Shown here one piece after another: positions 24,871-39,000 of a stretch of 64,000 nucleotides of DNA (position 1 is its first letter; every line of letters starts with the position of its first letter). The notes under the pieces are model-generated. The model was not told where the DNA came from, did no database searches, and saw only the letters and a program-made list of their open reading frames with translations. Source of the DNA: Mobula hypostoma (lineage: Eukaryota); contig NC_086097.1 of assembly GCF_963921235.1 (NCBI RefSeq), positions 40,860,001 to 40,924,000 of the forward strand. The letters are read 5' to 3'. A program made the position numbers and the translations under genes.

Positions 24871-25874
24871 GTATCACAGCATAATTTCAGTCACAATAAA
24901 GAGCTTCTTCATTTAAATCCTATTTTAGTTTAGAATGCAGTCCATTTTATACATGATCATGAATGGTTATTCTAGTTTGTAAGGTGCAATGGAGGCTGTT
25001 TATTTATTTCTTTGCAAAGGATTGTTCAGAGATGCGCGACATGAAGTATTGCTGATGGCTTGCTAAATTTCAGAACATCTTTGGCACAGGATTGTGGGCT
25101 GAGGGGCCTGAATTGTGCTGTAGGTTTTTCTGTGTTTCTATGTTTCTGTCTTCCCTCCATGATTATCCACTATGAACTTCCATGTATCAAATAATCAGTT
25201 TTTAAATAGTTTCATTTCTACGAAGAATAACATTTAATGCAGTCAGTATTGCTGACCTTGCTAGTGTTAATCCTTGTCAGCTTAAATGTCAACAAACCTA
25301 TATATAAATTTATCCTGTTAGAGTTTAAAAGTTGTACTTTAAAAGGCAATATATGCCAACATTTATGAATAACTTTTCTCCTCAATTGAAACATTTGTTT
25401 TAACTAAATTTCTAAAACATCTCTCACAAATGTAAGGCCACAGCTGGACTCCCTTGGATCTGAATGTATCGCATCATATTAACAATAACTAATCTCAGCC
25501 TGTTGCATGAGCAGAAAACTCCAAATAAAAACTGAGTTTGATTCAATATTATTATTACTTCTGGAACAAGGAATGAGACATTTGTTTTCAGATACCATTC
25601 AGTTCAAGAATATACATGGCTGTTATTGTGCATTTATAGAGCTACAAGCAAGTCTACGGCCTCATTAGTATGTAAGTGAAAATTGTGTTTATACAAACTG
25701 AGTTGGAAAAATAAATATATTGTTAGAAATAGAAGCTTGTACTGCTATGCAAGTTTTCAATCTAAGATAAATTTATTAGGCAAATGTTTTTCCAAAAGAG
25801 ATCACATTCTATTCAGGTAACTAACACAATATCTAAAGATTTATTGCAGAATGATCCAGTGACCAAATTCTAAT

Positions 25875-26110
25875 AAAGTTCAATGTTCAAAGTAAATTTA
25901 TAATCAAAGTAGATGTATGTCACCATAAATAACCTTGAGATTCATTTTATTGTAGGCATGCTCAATAATTCCATAATAGAATAGTAACCATAATAAAATC
26001 AATGAAAGACCGCATCAACGGGCATTCACCCAGTGTGCAAAAGACGACTGTGCAATTCAAAAAAACACTAAGCAATAAATATCAAGAGCATGAGATGAAG
26101 AGTCTCACTG
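25875..26110 (-). mobile_element. Rex1/Babar-like 3' UTR fragment
   Basis: ttcaaagtaaatttataatcaaagtagatgtatgtcaccat is the reverse complement of the tail at 34225-34274. Confidence 0.7.
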
Positions 26111-26649
26111 AGAGTTTAGCATGAAACACACACCTCCACCTTTTGCCTTTTCCAAGTCAGCAGTTTGATGCATCCAGAGAAACAAGAAGCTTTTGAGTCT
26201 GATTGCTGTATCTGGTGCGTTGGGAGTAAGCCATGTCTCAGTTAAACATAGAAAACAACAATCTCTCATTTCCTTTCAATAAGCAATCTTGCTCTCAGGT
26301 ACTCAATTTTCTTCTCTAGTGACTGCATGTCTGCTAACAAGATGCTGGGTAGAGAGAGTCTCATTGCTTTGTGTTTCAGCCTGGCTTGAATTCTCCCCTC
26401 CTGTCTTGCTTCTAGCCATGGCAATGAACCTTCATCTACTTAACGGTGCCATACTTGCTTCCTTGAGTCCTTCAGAAGATTGTGAAATCTGCAGTTAATT
26501 AAGTCAATTTAAATTAAATCACTTAAGGGGAAATTACATGCTGCAGATTGCAGTAAGAGCAATTCAAAAGAGAAGTATTGTATGTAGTCTGCAGAACATC
26601 GCCATGGTTCACCAGTGCCAACTTGACCAAGTTATACTCTTGCTGCATC

Positions 26650-27020
26650 TCAGAAAATTTCTGACATCTAGGCTCTGGCAGCTCCATCACAGGCACAAGC
26701 CTCCCCAAATTCAAGTACATTTTTAAAAGACAATGCCTCAAGGAGTCGTCTATCATTAAGGACCTTCACTATCCAGGACATACCATCTTCTCACTACCCA
26801 GGACATAACATCTTCTCACTACCAACTGGAAGGAGCTACAGGATCCTGATGATGCGTACCAAATATTTTAGGAAAAGCTTCTTCCCCAGTATCATCAAAT
26901 TTCAAAATGGTCTGTCACTCTTTTGCACTATTGATTAATTATTGTAGATTATAGTAATTTGTTTATGTCTTGCACTGTACTGCTGCCAGAAAGCAACAAA
27001 TGTCATGACAAGGCAATACA
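26650..27020 (+). mobile_element. Rex1/Babar-like LINE 3' fragment
   Basis: Degenerate C-terminal coding and 3' UTR sequence (..catcattaaggac..catcttctcactac..cttcttcccc..); internal 25-bp tandem duplication at 26773-26822. Confidence 0.6.
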
Positions 27021-27021
27021 T

Positions 27022-27200
27022 GACATTTTGGGCCGAAAACCTTTGGCAGGACTGAATAAAATTCTGTCCTGAATAAAACCCTCTGGCAGGCCCAAAACAT
27101 TGACTGTACTTCTTTCCATAGTTTCTGCCTAGCCTGCTGAGTTCCTCCAGCATTTTCTGTGTGTTGTTGGCACGTCCAGCATCTGCAGATTTTCTCTTGA
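27022..27200. mobile_element. Penelope-associated repeat, two partial copies in opposite orientation
   Basis: 27022-27054 is a minus-strand decayed hammerhead; 27085-27200 is the plus-strand 3' part (..cattgactg..ctgctgagttcctccagc..gcatctgcagattt). Confidence 0.65.
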
Positions 27201-30200
27201 CTGTCAAGACATTGACCAGTGATAATAAATCTGACTGTGATTCGGAAAAGACTGAATGTCCACAATTGGACAAAAACAAACTAAAAATGGAGCTGAAGCA
27301 TCTTGGCCAAAGTTGAAGGTGTTCTGGAAGTTTCCTGAGTTTAAACCTCTTCTTTGCTTTTACTTTATATGTAGCAGAATGGGAAAAAAAATCTTTGTTC
27401 CAGAAATACCAGAAAATATGTATAGAATTTGATCCATCAAAACATTCACTGAAGTATTCCCTAAAGAATCTAAAAGCTTGATTATTAAGGCTGCAAATGA
27501 GTTTAATGTAAAAGGCACTTTTTAATCAATATCCAAACGCCTGTGAGTAACTTGATTTTAAGCAATGGAAAATTACTTTTGGAAGATTATACAGGGCCAT
27601 TTGTTTGTTGAATAGGTGTAAAATAATCAGATATTCATAGAAATTATATTCAAAAGCTTTGAAACTATATCTACTTGTTTTCTTGTACCTGTTGGAAAAA
27701 CACCTTTGTTTAAAGGTTCCAAAGGTTTGCAAAGGAGTCCAATTAGAGGAACTCACAACTATGACTAATTCACACAGGGAACATGAACATTTTTTGGAGA
27801 AGATAGGACATCTACTAGTGATATATTAGTCTTGTCAAAGGATCACAGTAACTTGAGTTGCACTGTATATAATTTGAGATTTTTGATCTTCGCTAATTTG
27901 GGGCGAATTTGTAACCGAGAAGGAACTCTGCCTGGGAACTGTTACGGTTGTCATTACATTGCTGTTGTTCTGCTATAAGCTCCGGCCAGTATTTCAGATG
28001 CTGCATTGAATTAATAGTTTTGTGTTCCGGGGTGGTGTAGGGATGATGCTAAGTGAAATTAGTAAGCAATGAGATGAAAATATACCCTTCTAATGTGACT
28101 GCATCACTTTTTCAGACCTTAGTGACCCTGCAGCTTTAAGCATAAACTGTCCACATAATGTATAAGGCTGAGACATTTAGCACTGATTTTTTTGAAATAA
28201 GGCTTTATTGTGAATAATAATCATTTATATTGATTTCCATTTGCTAGAATGTTATTCATTATTTATTTTGAAATTGGGCAGAAAACCACTTTTTTTTTAA
28301 AAGTCTGCCTTCTCTGCTATGGTCTTTGCTGAGGTGAATTGTGAGGTGGTATTTAGCAGTGGAGGTAGCACCACATTACTTTATGGAATCCAAATCCCAG
28401 AATCTTGAACCAAGGTGGGACACATTGACAGCCATTGTGGTGAGTTAATTTGTTTTCATTCTTTCAGTTACATGTGGGGGGAAGAATTAAGATGACAGAG
28501 CCTAATCTTCCAGCTGATAAATATTTTGCGGCTCTGTCGGTGAGGAATAATGAAACTCCTGATACTGAATACAGGAAGGGCAGAACATTTCATGAAATTG
28601 AAGAGTACGTGAGATTCTGACTAGCCATCCTAGATTTAATCAGTGGGCATTGTGCTTTGTTTTTACTCAAGACTGCTGCTGCTTTGGCACGAGTTTTCTG
28701 ATGTTAATTAACATTGTGCCACTGAAAGGACAAGTAACCAAGCTGATCCTTAGCATTCTCCACTTGAAGGTATGAAAACAGCCAGGGTATGTTCCCTAGA
28801 ATCCCTTGTTGGTCAGGAAGAGTGTTGTTCCAAATGTGAAATGGTGTTGAAACATCAAGAATATGTTAGGAATGTAATTATGACAAAGTCTGAGAGTTGC
28901 TAAATGGGAAATGATAAGGAGAGACAATTTGCCATTTAGTTTTCTTTTATGCAAACTGGGGCAAATGATAACAGTATATGACAGATATTAATTGAAAGGT
29001 GTTGGAAGATACCTGATCAACAACACTAAAATTGGTCTCCACACAAACTCTCACTAAAGACGTCGTTTGTTAACCACCAGATTTTTGAAGCTGTTCTTAC
29101 GTGCATAACTGTTTGAGGTTAGAAAAGTGGGTGAAATTGCCAACAACATCTTAGGTACACAATACATTACTTACAGCATTGTAACGAATGATCACAAACT
29201 TCAATGATATTCATCACTATATGCTTGCTTTCATTCTGAAGGAATTAGCAAGACAGGAGCCAGGCTTAATGTGCCTTAGAAAAGGGGATAATTAATTCTG
29301 ACAATTCAATGACTGCAAGTAGCAACTGATATGAAAAGGGACAATTATCTCTGAAAGCATCTTCCTAAAACATTATTTCAAAAGTAATAAATCCAAAAAT
29401 ATATATATTTTTCTTTTTTTTGCTACATCTAACAGAACAGTTTCATTGCCCAGGTATGTGGTGTTTACAGATTTAGGGCAACATGGCTTAAAACACACTT
29501 AATCTGTCTACTTTCGGTTGTTGGAAGAAATGGTCAAAAGTGCCCTCAATTGGCACTTAATCATGTAAAATCAATTCATTGATACCAGGACTGCTTTACA
29601 CCAGACCCATCATAGTGGTGGTCCAAATACAGACCAAGGAACAGAATTCCAGGGTTCAGAAGAGAGAGTAGCTGCCCATAATGTCAAGTCAACATCAAAT
29701 CTGGCAGCAAAGTGCACCGATAAAACTGAATTAAAATAGTTGAAGTTAAAATTGTACTCAGACAAAGATGGTTCTGATTATTGGCAGTCAATCATTCCAG
29801 TCCCAGAACATCATTGTACTGGAATTCCTAATCCTAATCAATTTCACTAATGACCTTCGTACCTTTGTAAAGTTAGAATTGGGAGTGTACTGAGCAATGA
29901 TTCTCTCCACCAAAGCAGACTATAACCAGCCAAATCTGACATTTGACAGTAGTACCGTCACCATCCACCTCAAGGTTAACATCCTGAGGCTCATTATTGA
30001 TCAGAAACTTAATATGAGTCAGCCATATAAAATCTGAGGCTATGGGAACAGTTGAAAAGGTGGACTTACTGTGGCAAGGGACTCACCTCCTGATATTTCA
30101 GGGCTTTCTTACAAGATGGATATGAGGAATGACTTTAGAAGACAATGCCATTCTTTCACTGTCACTGGGTCTAAATCCTGAAACTCTTCTCCCAACGTTG

Positions 30201-30549
30201 TAGGAAAAGTGTAACTATTTGAGGTAATAGCTCAGCACCACTTTTGTCATGGGCAAAGCCCATGACACTGGGGTGCCAAAAGGTGAATTTAAAAAAATGA
30301 ACACAGTATAAGAAATAAAGGAAACGAATGCTGTGTGGGTTCGGTTTTAGTATCATCTTCAATGCCATGCTATGAGGCTATACTGAGGGAAATGTAGGTC
30401 AACTGGTTTATAATGCAGGATGGTGTGCACAATTAGGCAAACAATTCATAACCAGTAATGTTCTCATGTGCTTGAAGCTGTCATCTTTGTTGGTAGTACA
30501 AATTGTAGGTGTGGGTTGTACTGTTACTGAGCAAGTGAAATAGAAAAGA

Positions 30550-30790
30550 AACAAAATGCTGGAAGAATGTGCGGATCAGTCAGCATCTGTAAAAGTAAAA
30601 GGAGCAAGTCAACGTATTGGATCAAGATCCTGCATCAGGACGAAGAGGGAAGAGGAGAGACTGCCGGTACATAGCATTATGAGTAGCTGTGGGTTGGGTA
30701 GAGGCTGGAAGGTGATAGGTGAAAGAAGATGAGGGAAGGATGATGGGCAGGTGAACCATACGGGAGAAGAGAGGGTGGGACAGAAGATGG
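30550..30790 (-). mobile_element. Penelope-associated repeat with decayed hammerhead motif
   Basis: Minus strand gtcCTGATGCaggatcttgatccAATAcgttgac (30606-30641) plus aaaatgctgga..cagcatctg and a purine-rich segment. Confidence 0.65.
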
Positions 30791-31071
30791 TATGTTATAT
30801 TGTAATTTCTCTGTGTACATAGAGTACATTTAGATTTATGATTATTTATGTGTTTATCCTTTTTGCATTTTGCTTTGGGTTAGTTAATTGTAAGGTAAGT
30901 AAAATTTATATGAAGATTGCCTCTTTTGTGCCTATTTCAAATAGCTCTTTAATTTCAAAATTCTTGCATATTTTAATAACTTCCAACATAATTTCTTTAC
31001 AAATTGATTACAATGTGACAACTACAACTTCTAACAAATGATTTTCATTGATTACTTGAATTTCAGATTCA

Positions 31072-31240
31072 GAGCAACACACACAAAATATTGGAAGAAC
31101 TGAAGGCTGAGGACCTTCATCAGAACAGATACATTGACTGTTTATTTCCCTCCATTGATGCTGCCTGTCCTGCTGGGTTCCTCCAGCAGTTTGTGTGTGT
31201 TGCTGAGGATTTCCTCAGTATCTGCAGAATCTCTTGTGTC
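31072..31240. mobile_element. Penelope-associated repeat as an inverted (fold-back) pair
   Basis: gcaacacacacaaaatattgga (left) versus tccagcagtttgtgtgtgttgc (right); CTGATGAAGG on minus at 31114-31123. Confidence 0.65.
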
Positions 31241-33509
31241 TATAAATTTCAGAGTTTTTTTTTCTTTTGAGTAGTGAGCTACCAAACATTAGGGAACAAC
31301 TCGAATGAGTGCTTGTGATTCCGGAGGCTGGAGATGGAAGGTGCATTTATGCTTCTGGGAGGACTCATTCCAGTACTGCAATTGTTCCTCCATCAACATA
31401 GAAGTGCGATAGATGCATATTCTTTACACCAATGCCAAAGAAGTCCCTACCATTTCCTGGGAATTTCTTTGCATCGTTGAAAGCCCATGCAAGGGTTAGC
31501 AAGTTGGGACCTGGTATGGGACTTTCTTTAAAAATCCTTCTATCAGGATTAGAGAAACTGACCTATTTCAAGCATATTAGATCAATTTTTCTCGATAGAG
31601 TTGATGCAACTGGAGCTGAAATTGATTGAACTCTTCCTAGACTGGGGCTGCTGAGGAGCTAGGAAAACTGAGGGTTAAACAGCAAATACAGCTCTTGACT
31701 GGGATTCCTGGAACTTGGAAACAGAGGAGATGGAGAGGGAAGAGTTTGCATATTCTTGTTGATGGAGCAGAATCTCAGAAATTTTAAATTGGTGCTCTTA
31801 AAGATCAGATTTTCTTTAATTAATTTATAAATAAGCAAGGTTAGGATCCAACTGGTATTCTTAATTATACTCGCTCTCTATGGATACACCTGCACTTGGG
31901 AATATACTTAAAAAACTGATAAAGCCCAATAGCATAAAATGTTAAAAGACCAGTTTATGTAACCAAGGTTTCATTAATATAATGTAAAGACACTTAAGGG
32001 ATCAATTTCTTAATTTACTTGAATTTCCACATGTATGTTTCCTTTTTGCTAGCTATTCACATGGCGTCTCTTGTGACTTAACCACCTGCTTCCACAGGCG
32101 ATAAATATTTCCCAAGAATAGTAAAAAATTTGGTCCTTCAAAAAAAGCATATCAAGTGCAAGTCATTCAACCATACATGAATACCTTTGAATATAGCCAG
32201 TGAAACGTTATTACTCCAGGGCCAAGGTGCAAAACGCAGCACCAACAGTCATACACAGCAGAACATATAAGATATCAGTACAATACAGTCACTCAAAAAA
32301 TATAGTCCAAGAACCTCAGTCCATAGATGTTGCAGAAGTCTGCAGTCAAACACAAAACAAATTGTTTTCTGCCAAGTGAGCACTAGGGGGCAGCACAGAG
32401 GCCGTGCCACACTGCCTCCAGTGGAGCACACGGATTCTGGTGCCTCTTGCCTGGGCGACTGTAAACAGGCAACACCGTGGCTTGAGGTTGAGTCCTTGCT
32501 ACGACCAGTGCCACGCAGCTCCCCTGACGTCTGTCAATAAATCTGTGAATCTGTGCAGCATTCCACATTAACAATGTCCAAAAGGATCTTGTAATCACAA
32601 GAGTAGCAACCGAGGTGATCACTTGGTTTTAGACTGCACTACACCTTCGCACACTGATGACTCTGATGCCTCTCTAACACATGCAGCAGTACGCTGTACA
32701 CCAAGTGCAGCTCCCTCAGTTTCTCCACCAACGTGCAACTCACTGATGGGGTAGACCTAGTTCTTAATGAACAGCGGGGTCTTGTGATCACATAAAATAA
32801 GATTAAAAAGACAATAACACCTTTGGCTGACCCTGCAGAAGCCGCCGTCATTGAGCACACTGCCACCTTACCGATGAGGTGAAGCAAATTTTATGGTATT
32901 AACATACAGGCTTGGATGTCAGAGAGGACGACACGTAAAAACTTTTTGTTAGTTTTAGGATGCAGCTTGTTGAAGTTTTAGTCAGTCTTGTTTTTCCCTG
33001 AAGTACCAAACATATTGATGAAGCTTAAGGAATAGCTCTGGACACCTAAATAATCTAGGGAGGGGCTAATTCACGAAGGCATCAGTTTTGCTTGTCGGTG
33101 TTAAACTCGGGGATGTCAGTGCCAGACTGAATCATTATCCTGAAGGAACCAAGATTAACTTATCCTGCTGTGTGGGATATTTTTGTATTTTGCCCACATG
33201 ACTGGATTGTTTTTGCCCACTGCCTGGTTGTTGGTGGATATGATTGTTTTGCCTTCAGCATTTACATGGGGTGCTACAATACTTGAACAGGCAATATAAT
33301 TTGACTGTATAAACAAGCATACCCTTAAATGTACAAATAAAATTGTCTTCAGTTACCTGTATCCTGTCAACTGAATCATTAGATAGTTATAACTAATCCA
33401 CCATATATTTTAAGACCTAATGAAAGTTACTAAAGACCTTTGCTAATCAAATGGCTGGAGTATTCACTGAGATCTTTAACCTCTCTCTTTGACAGTCTGA
33501 GGTACCCAC

Positions 33510-34274
33510 CGGCTGTCAAATGCTGAATCAAAGATGGTGATAAATCAGCATATAGGAGAGAGATTGGAAATCTGGCTGGGTGGTGCCATTACAACCTCTT
33601 ACTCAATGTTAGCAAGACCAAAGAGCTGATTATTGACTTCATGAGGAGGAAACCAGAAGTCCATGAGTCAGTTCTCATTGGACGATCAGCAACTTTAAAT
33701 TCCTGGGTGTTATTATTTCGGAGGATCTGTCCTAGACCCAGCACGTAAATGCAACTTGAAGAAAGCACAACAGTGCCTCTACTTCCTAAGTAGTTTGTGG
33801 AGCCTTGGCATGACAACTAAAACTTTGACAAACATCTATAGATATGTACATTGACTGACTGCATCACAGCTTGGTACGGAAACATCAATGGCCTTGAGCG
33901 GAAGATTCTACAACATGTAGTGGAAATAGCCCAGTCTGTCACGCATAAAGCCCACCGCACCTTTGAGCACATCTACATGAAACATTGTCGCTGGGAACAG
34001 CATGCATCCTCAGGGACCCCAGCCATCCCAGTCTCTTCATCCATATTCTTGATAGTTATTGCTTGTTTATTTATCGTTATTATTCATTTATTTTTGTATT
34101 TTCACAGTTTGTTGCCTTTTGCACACTGGTTGAACGCTCAGGTTTGTGTGGTCTTTCATTGATTCCATTATGGTTATTATGGATTTATTGAGTATGCCCA
34201 CAAGAACATGAATCTCAGGGTTGTACATGGTGACATATATGTACTTTGATAATAAATTTACTTTGAACTTTGAA
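33510..34274 (+). mobile_element. Rex1/Babar-clade LINE, 5'-truncated
   Basis: LNVSKTKELIIDF and LTDCITAWYGN motifs of Rex1/Babar RT C-terminus; AATAAA followed by (CTTTGAA)n tail. Confidence 0.85.
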
Positions 34275-34394
34275 GTTGTGCAGCACAGAAGAGCCCTTCA
34301 ACACACTGGGGTGACACTGTCCATCTAGTATCCATATGCTCTAATTATACAGTAATCCCATTTCAATTCCACATTCCCACTAATTCACCATGGA

Positions 34395-34572
34395 TTCTAT
34401 CACTCATCTATGCTCCTGAGGTAACTAACCTACTAACCAGCACCATTTGGATGTGTAAGGACAATAAAGCAGCTAGAGAGAATGTGCTAACTCCATAAGG
34501 ACAACAGACAAGGTCAAGATTGAATCTGGGACCCTAGAGCTGTGAAATAGCAGTTGAGCCACCCTGCTGCCC
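34395..34572 (-). mobile_element. Old tRNA-derived SINE (HE1/V-SINE-like)
   Basis: Minus strand gggcagcagggtggctcaac..ccagattcaatcttgacc (A/B-box-like) followed by a degenerate V core. Confidence 0.55.
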
Positions 34573-35675
34573 CTATTTTCTTGCAATTTTATGTCCTTGG
34601 GAAATTAGACCTCCCTGTTTATATCTATACATTGTATTAACTTGTTGGATGATGTTAAACCTGAACTATTCCACGGCATATTTGTGTGAAAATTTTAATC
34701 AGGAAGCTCGATGTGAGGTGCAGTTAGTTTAATCTGGGTCTAGTAAGCTGTTCCTGGCAGTTTACCGATATTGATTTAAGAACATTACTGGCTATCATCT
34801 AAGTTACAAATAAGCATTACACAAATATAATGCCTTTTTGAAGCTGAAATCACAATTTTCTTCAATTCTATTCCTCATAAAGTGCACTTTTTCTACTTTT
34901 CCGGTAATTTTACGTACAAAGTTTGTGATGGATATTCACTTTCCAGGGCCCAAGAGGCTTATTGCCAACCTCAGTTTTCTCGCACAGCAGCATGAGCTTT
35001 TCAAAGGGTCAGAGTTATGGGTGATAAAGTTTAAGTCTTAACGAATACTCTTTGCTCAGCTTTTTGTTGTAAACAAGAATGAGTTCCTCAGCTCTTGAAG
35101 GAAGTTGCAGGTGCAATCCATTTGAAGTTAGGGGCACAGTTTTGTAAAGTAATGTGACCAGGAGACTTGTCTCCGTTAGCCAAATATAAGGCAGTGGGGT
35201 TATGTCACTTAGCACATCTAACATGGGTATGTCTTGGGATGTTTGAGTACTCGGGTGGCGGGGGGTAAGGAGGAACAGTGGTCAGCCCTCACAGCACTAA
35301 TTGTAGGATCTCTTGTTGCCAGAAGCTTTCAAGTCCATCTGTGTGAGTTACTTAGTCTCATCTGGAAAACATCACATGCAGATGATGGCATCTAGTCTAA
35401 CATAGTATAAATATCAGCAGCATTATAGATTGTTAGAAATGACAATGGGAACAACAGAAAGATAGGGTTACAGAAAGAAGAACTAGAATTATTTCCACAA
35501 CCTTAGGTTTCTGTGATGGATGACTCATTCATTTGCTACACATGGTATGTTCTTCTAGTTCATAAGAATTGTACCTGTGTTTGGCAATCCTTTGTAGTTT
35601 GTAAAGCTTTTGTAATTCAGAATCCTTTTACAGGTATAAACTAGAAGTCCTCTTTGAGTGTTAAATGTGTGTTAG

Positions 35676-36042
35676 AATCTAAGGTGTATAAGATAATGAG
35701 AAGCATTGATCATGTGAATAGTCAGAGGCTTTTTCACAGGGCTGAAATGGTGAACATGGAGGGCACAGTTTTAAGGTGCTTGGAAGCAGATACAGAGGAG
35801 ATGTCAGGGGTAAGTTTTTTTACGAGAGAGTGGTGAGTGCATGGAATGGGCTGCCGGCAACTGTGGTGGAGGCAGATATGATAGGATCTTTCAAGAGACT
35901 CCTGGATAGGTACATGGAGCTTAGAAAAATAGAGGGCTATGGGTAACCCTAGGTAATTTCTAAAGTAAGTACATGTTTGACACAGCATTGTGGGTCGAAG
36001 GGCCTGTATTGTGCTGTAGGTTTTCTATGTTTCTCCGTTTCT
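35676..36042 (+). mobile_element. CR1 3' fragment
   Basis: VYKIMRSIDHV..WNGLP..; tail ttttctatgtttct. Confidence 0.88.
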
Positions 36043-39000
36043 AATTATTTGTCTGAGTGTAAATGCGTATCATTAAAAATAACATAACTGTGTTTAAACT
36101 ACTTTGTTAGTTGCAGGTATCTCCACCTTGGTAGAGAGGGGGAGCTCACCATTCAAGCAGTGTGTAAGAGCAACTAAACCTCACCATAGAGGCTAGACAC
36201 TAATCCTTGTAGAGTAGGTGGATACACAGTATAACCTTTCTACCTGTAGGTACTTATATCAATTAGAACTTAAAAGTTTTCTTCTGAGCTCAGTGCTTTG
36301 TAGACAGGGAACCCAATACACTGATCTTTCACAAACCTTCCTGAAGCTTTTCTGTTGGTACTGGGTCCCATGTAACAATAATAATAAGCCTTAATATAGT
36401 ATGACTACATATAACAAAAATAACTATGGGATGCATAAAATGCAGGATACCACATGAAAATCTGAATCCTGTGGTTTAGATCTTCTTTCATTCAGCAACT
36501 GCACGACCTCCAGCTATTTTACATCTTTCTGTGGTTTATCATTTATGTGAATCAGGAAAGCTTTCACAGAGCTCTATTGATCATTAAAGGAAATGTAGTG
36601 CCTTCCAAATTGCACTTTTGAGTTCAGATTCAGATTTGCTGATTGTCATATACAGCAGATGAAATGAAGATACTTGCTTGAATGAAGCTTACAGAGTAAA
36701 GAGTATACTTGGTAATATCTACAACAATAATCACAGAACAACATTCAGCCCCTCACCGGGCTCTTATGGAAACTTGGCGCATTGCCGCCCCACTAACAGC
36801 CACGGGACTCAACGGTGAGAAGGCCACCTTTCATAAACAATAGGTGTCTAAAGTCAGTATGATTTGAGGTTCAACCAAACAGGAACGTTGCGATATTTCC
36901 ATTAAAGAGTTCTCGATCTGAGCAAATACTGCTTAAATACTGCCCATACATAATTGTCAGTTGGCAAGAAATAACAAATCATCCACCACATACAGTTATA
37001 AAGTAAGTAAATTTATAGATTTCAGCTCAAATGTGGTGTCTTATGAGATCCCATTGTAATCCTGCTCATGCTACCAATCCCCAAACCTTCTCAGATGCTA
37101 TATTTTATGGTATCCCTCCTCATTACCATGGCTACAGTTGCTGTTCTGATCAACAAGCAAAGTGGCCATGAGTCTGCTACATCTGTGATAATCTTGCGCA
37201 TCCTACTGGGTGTACGAGAATTTCTAAGTCAGCATGCTTGTTGATAATCGTACTGTCTATAATAATGGTGGTATACCCAAACTGCAAATGTAATCTTTCG
37301 CTCTGAAAGCTCAGGAACAGTCTTGTATACCTGCTTAGAAAAATGGCTTGATGATGGATACAACCTGTTGTCTGTCCTTTTCTCTGTGTCTGAAACCTTG
37401 AACACACTGAATGTGGAATGAGCTATCTGCTCTTTCAAGAAACCAGATTACCAGAATAACTCCAGAGAGAAGGGGAGCTGTTAGTTCACAATGCAGAATG
37501 GTCGCTGCAGCATTACCAGCCACCTGAAGCAATGCAGAGGTGTTGCTGAAGGTAGACTGTGATGCACCAAACAACAGGACTAAAGTAAGGCAGGGTAAGA
37601 TAATTGGTTCATGCACTTCTCACAGATGCACACAAACAACTTTAGATAATGGTTCTGTTGTCAATGACAATAATGGATAAACCACTTACAATCAATAAAC
37701 CCTCTTGTGATCATACCCATCTGCCATTCACTCAATGAACCATAGGAAAATTGGCAACTTCTCAAGTGCAACACAGACAGAAACTCTTAATGAAGTAAAT
37801 GCAAGGAAGTGGACTGTATAATATATTGCTTTTCTAATGGTTGGTAATCTTTTATGCTGCATCGTGAAAGACAGTTTTGGTGAAAAGAGGAAAACTCACA
37901 ACAAATTAAAGTGCTGGAAATTGCAACTGGAATTCTGTTTGAAGCTTGCACTTTGTGAAAAAATCCCAAGGACATCAAAATGATTGTTAAATGCTCTGAT
38001 CCTGCTGACTTTTTTTCACCCTCTGCAGTTTTTTAAAAAAACTATGAAGGCTGTGTAAGGCTCAGAAAGCCCAGATTTTGCTTTATAATGAATGAGACAA
38101 AATCTGGCCATATCATTACACAACCTTCATTCTTTTTTCCAAGAACTGCAGTGACACAAAAAATGAATAGGTCACATTATGGATTTGCAAAGATGATGAA
38201 ATGTCAAAGCACAGGGGAGACCCTGTTACTGTTACTTAATTGACTTCTTGTAATGCCTTGTGCGTTGTGTCGTGTGAGCCTTATCAGGAAGATGGTAGCC
38301 ATGGGAATACAAGATCAAAGCTCAGGTATTATCTGGGAAATACATCCTAATACCAAGATCCTTGTACAGATAATTGGGACAGCATCATATTGAAGTGATG
38401 TGGGATCCAACTCTGATATGTGGTCATTAACATGAAATTTCAACTTTATTTCTTCCACAGACCCCATCTATCCAGATAAACATGTCTAGTCTTTTCCTAT
38501 TGAATTTTAACATGCCAGATTCTGCATTCTGACAGTTTTTGTGATACATGAACTTATGAAAGGAAATGGAGGAAGCCCTCTGGTTCAGAGGAGTGTCAGA
38601 CATGGGTTCATTCCAATGATAATTTAGTTGCGTTAAGTTAAGCAGTGTTTGTACAGCTAGATAACGCAGAAAATGTTGGAATGAGTTTGCAAAACTGACA
38701 GCATCTGTGAAGAGAAAATTTCTAAGTGATTATCTTTCACTGAAACTAGTACGCATTCAAGATCAAACAATTTTTTAGTTTTTAGTTTTAGAAAGGTGGC
38801 AAAGACAGGAGAGATAGGAAGGTATGGTATGTGATGCAGTGTATAAATTGGTGACATAGGTGGTGGTGTTTCTGGCCAAGAAGAAGTTTTACAGATCACT
38901 GAATAGCATGTTCTGGAGAAGTGTAAATAAAAGATAAATCTAATCTGAAATTACCACAGGGGGGGAAAAGTAACTACACATGCTGAAAATGTGCGATATA

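Noticed and set aside
26773..26822. 25-bp tandem duplication (a similar ~20-bp one lies near 57910-57950)
   Set aside because: Ordinary slippage duplications inside dead LINE fragments
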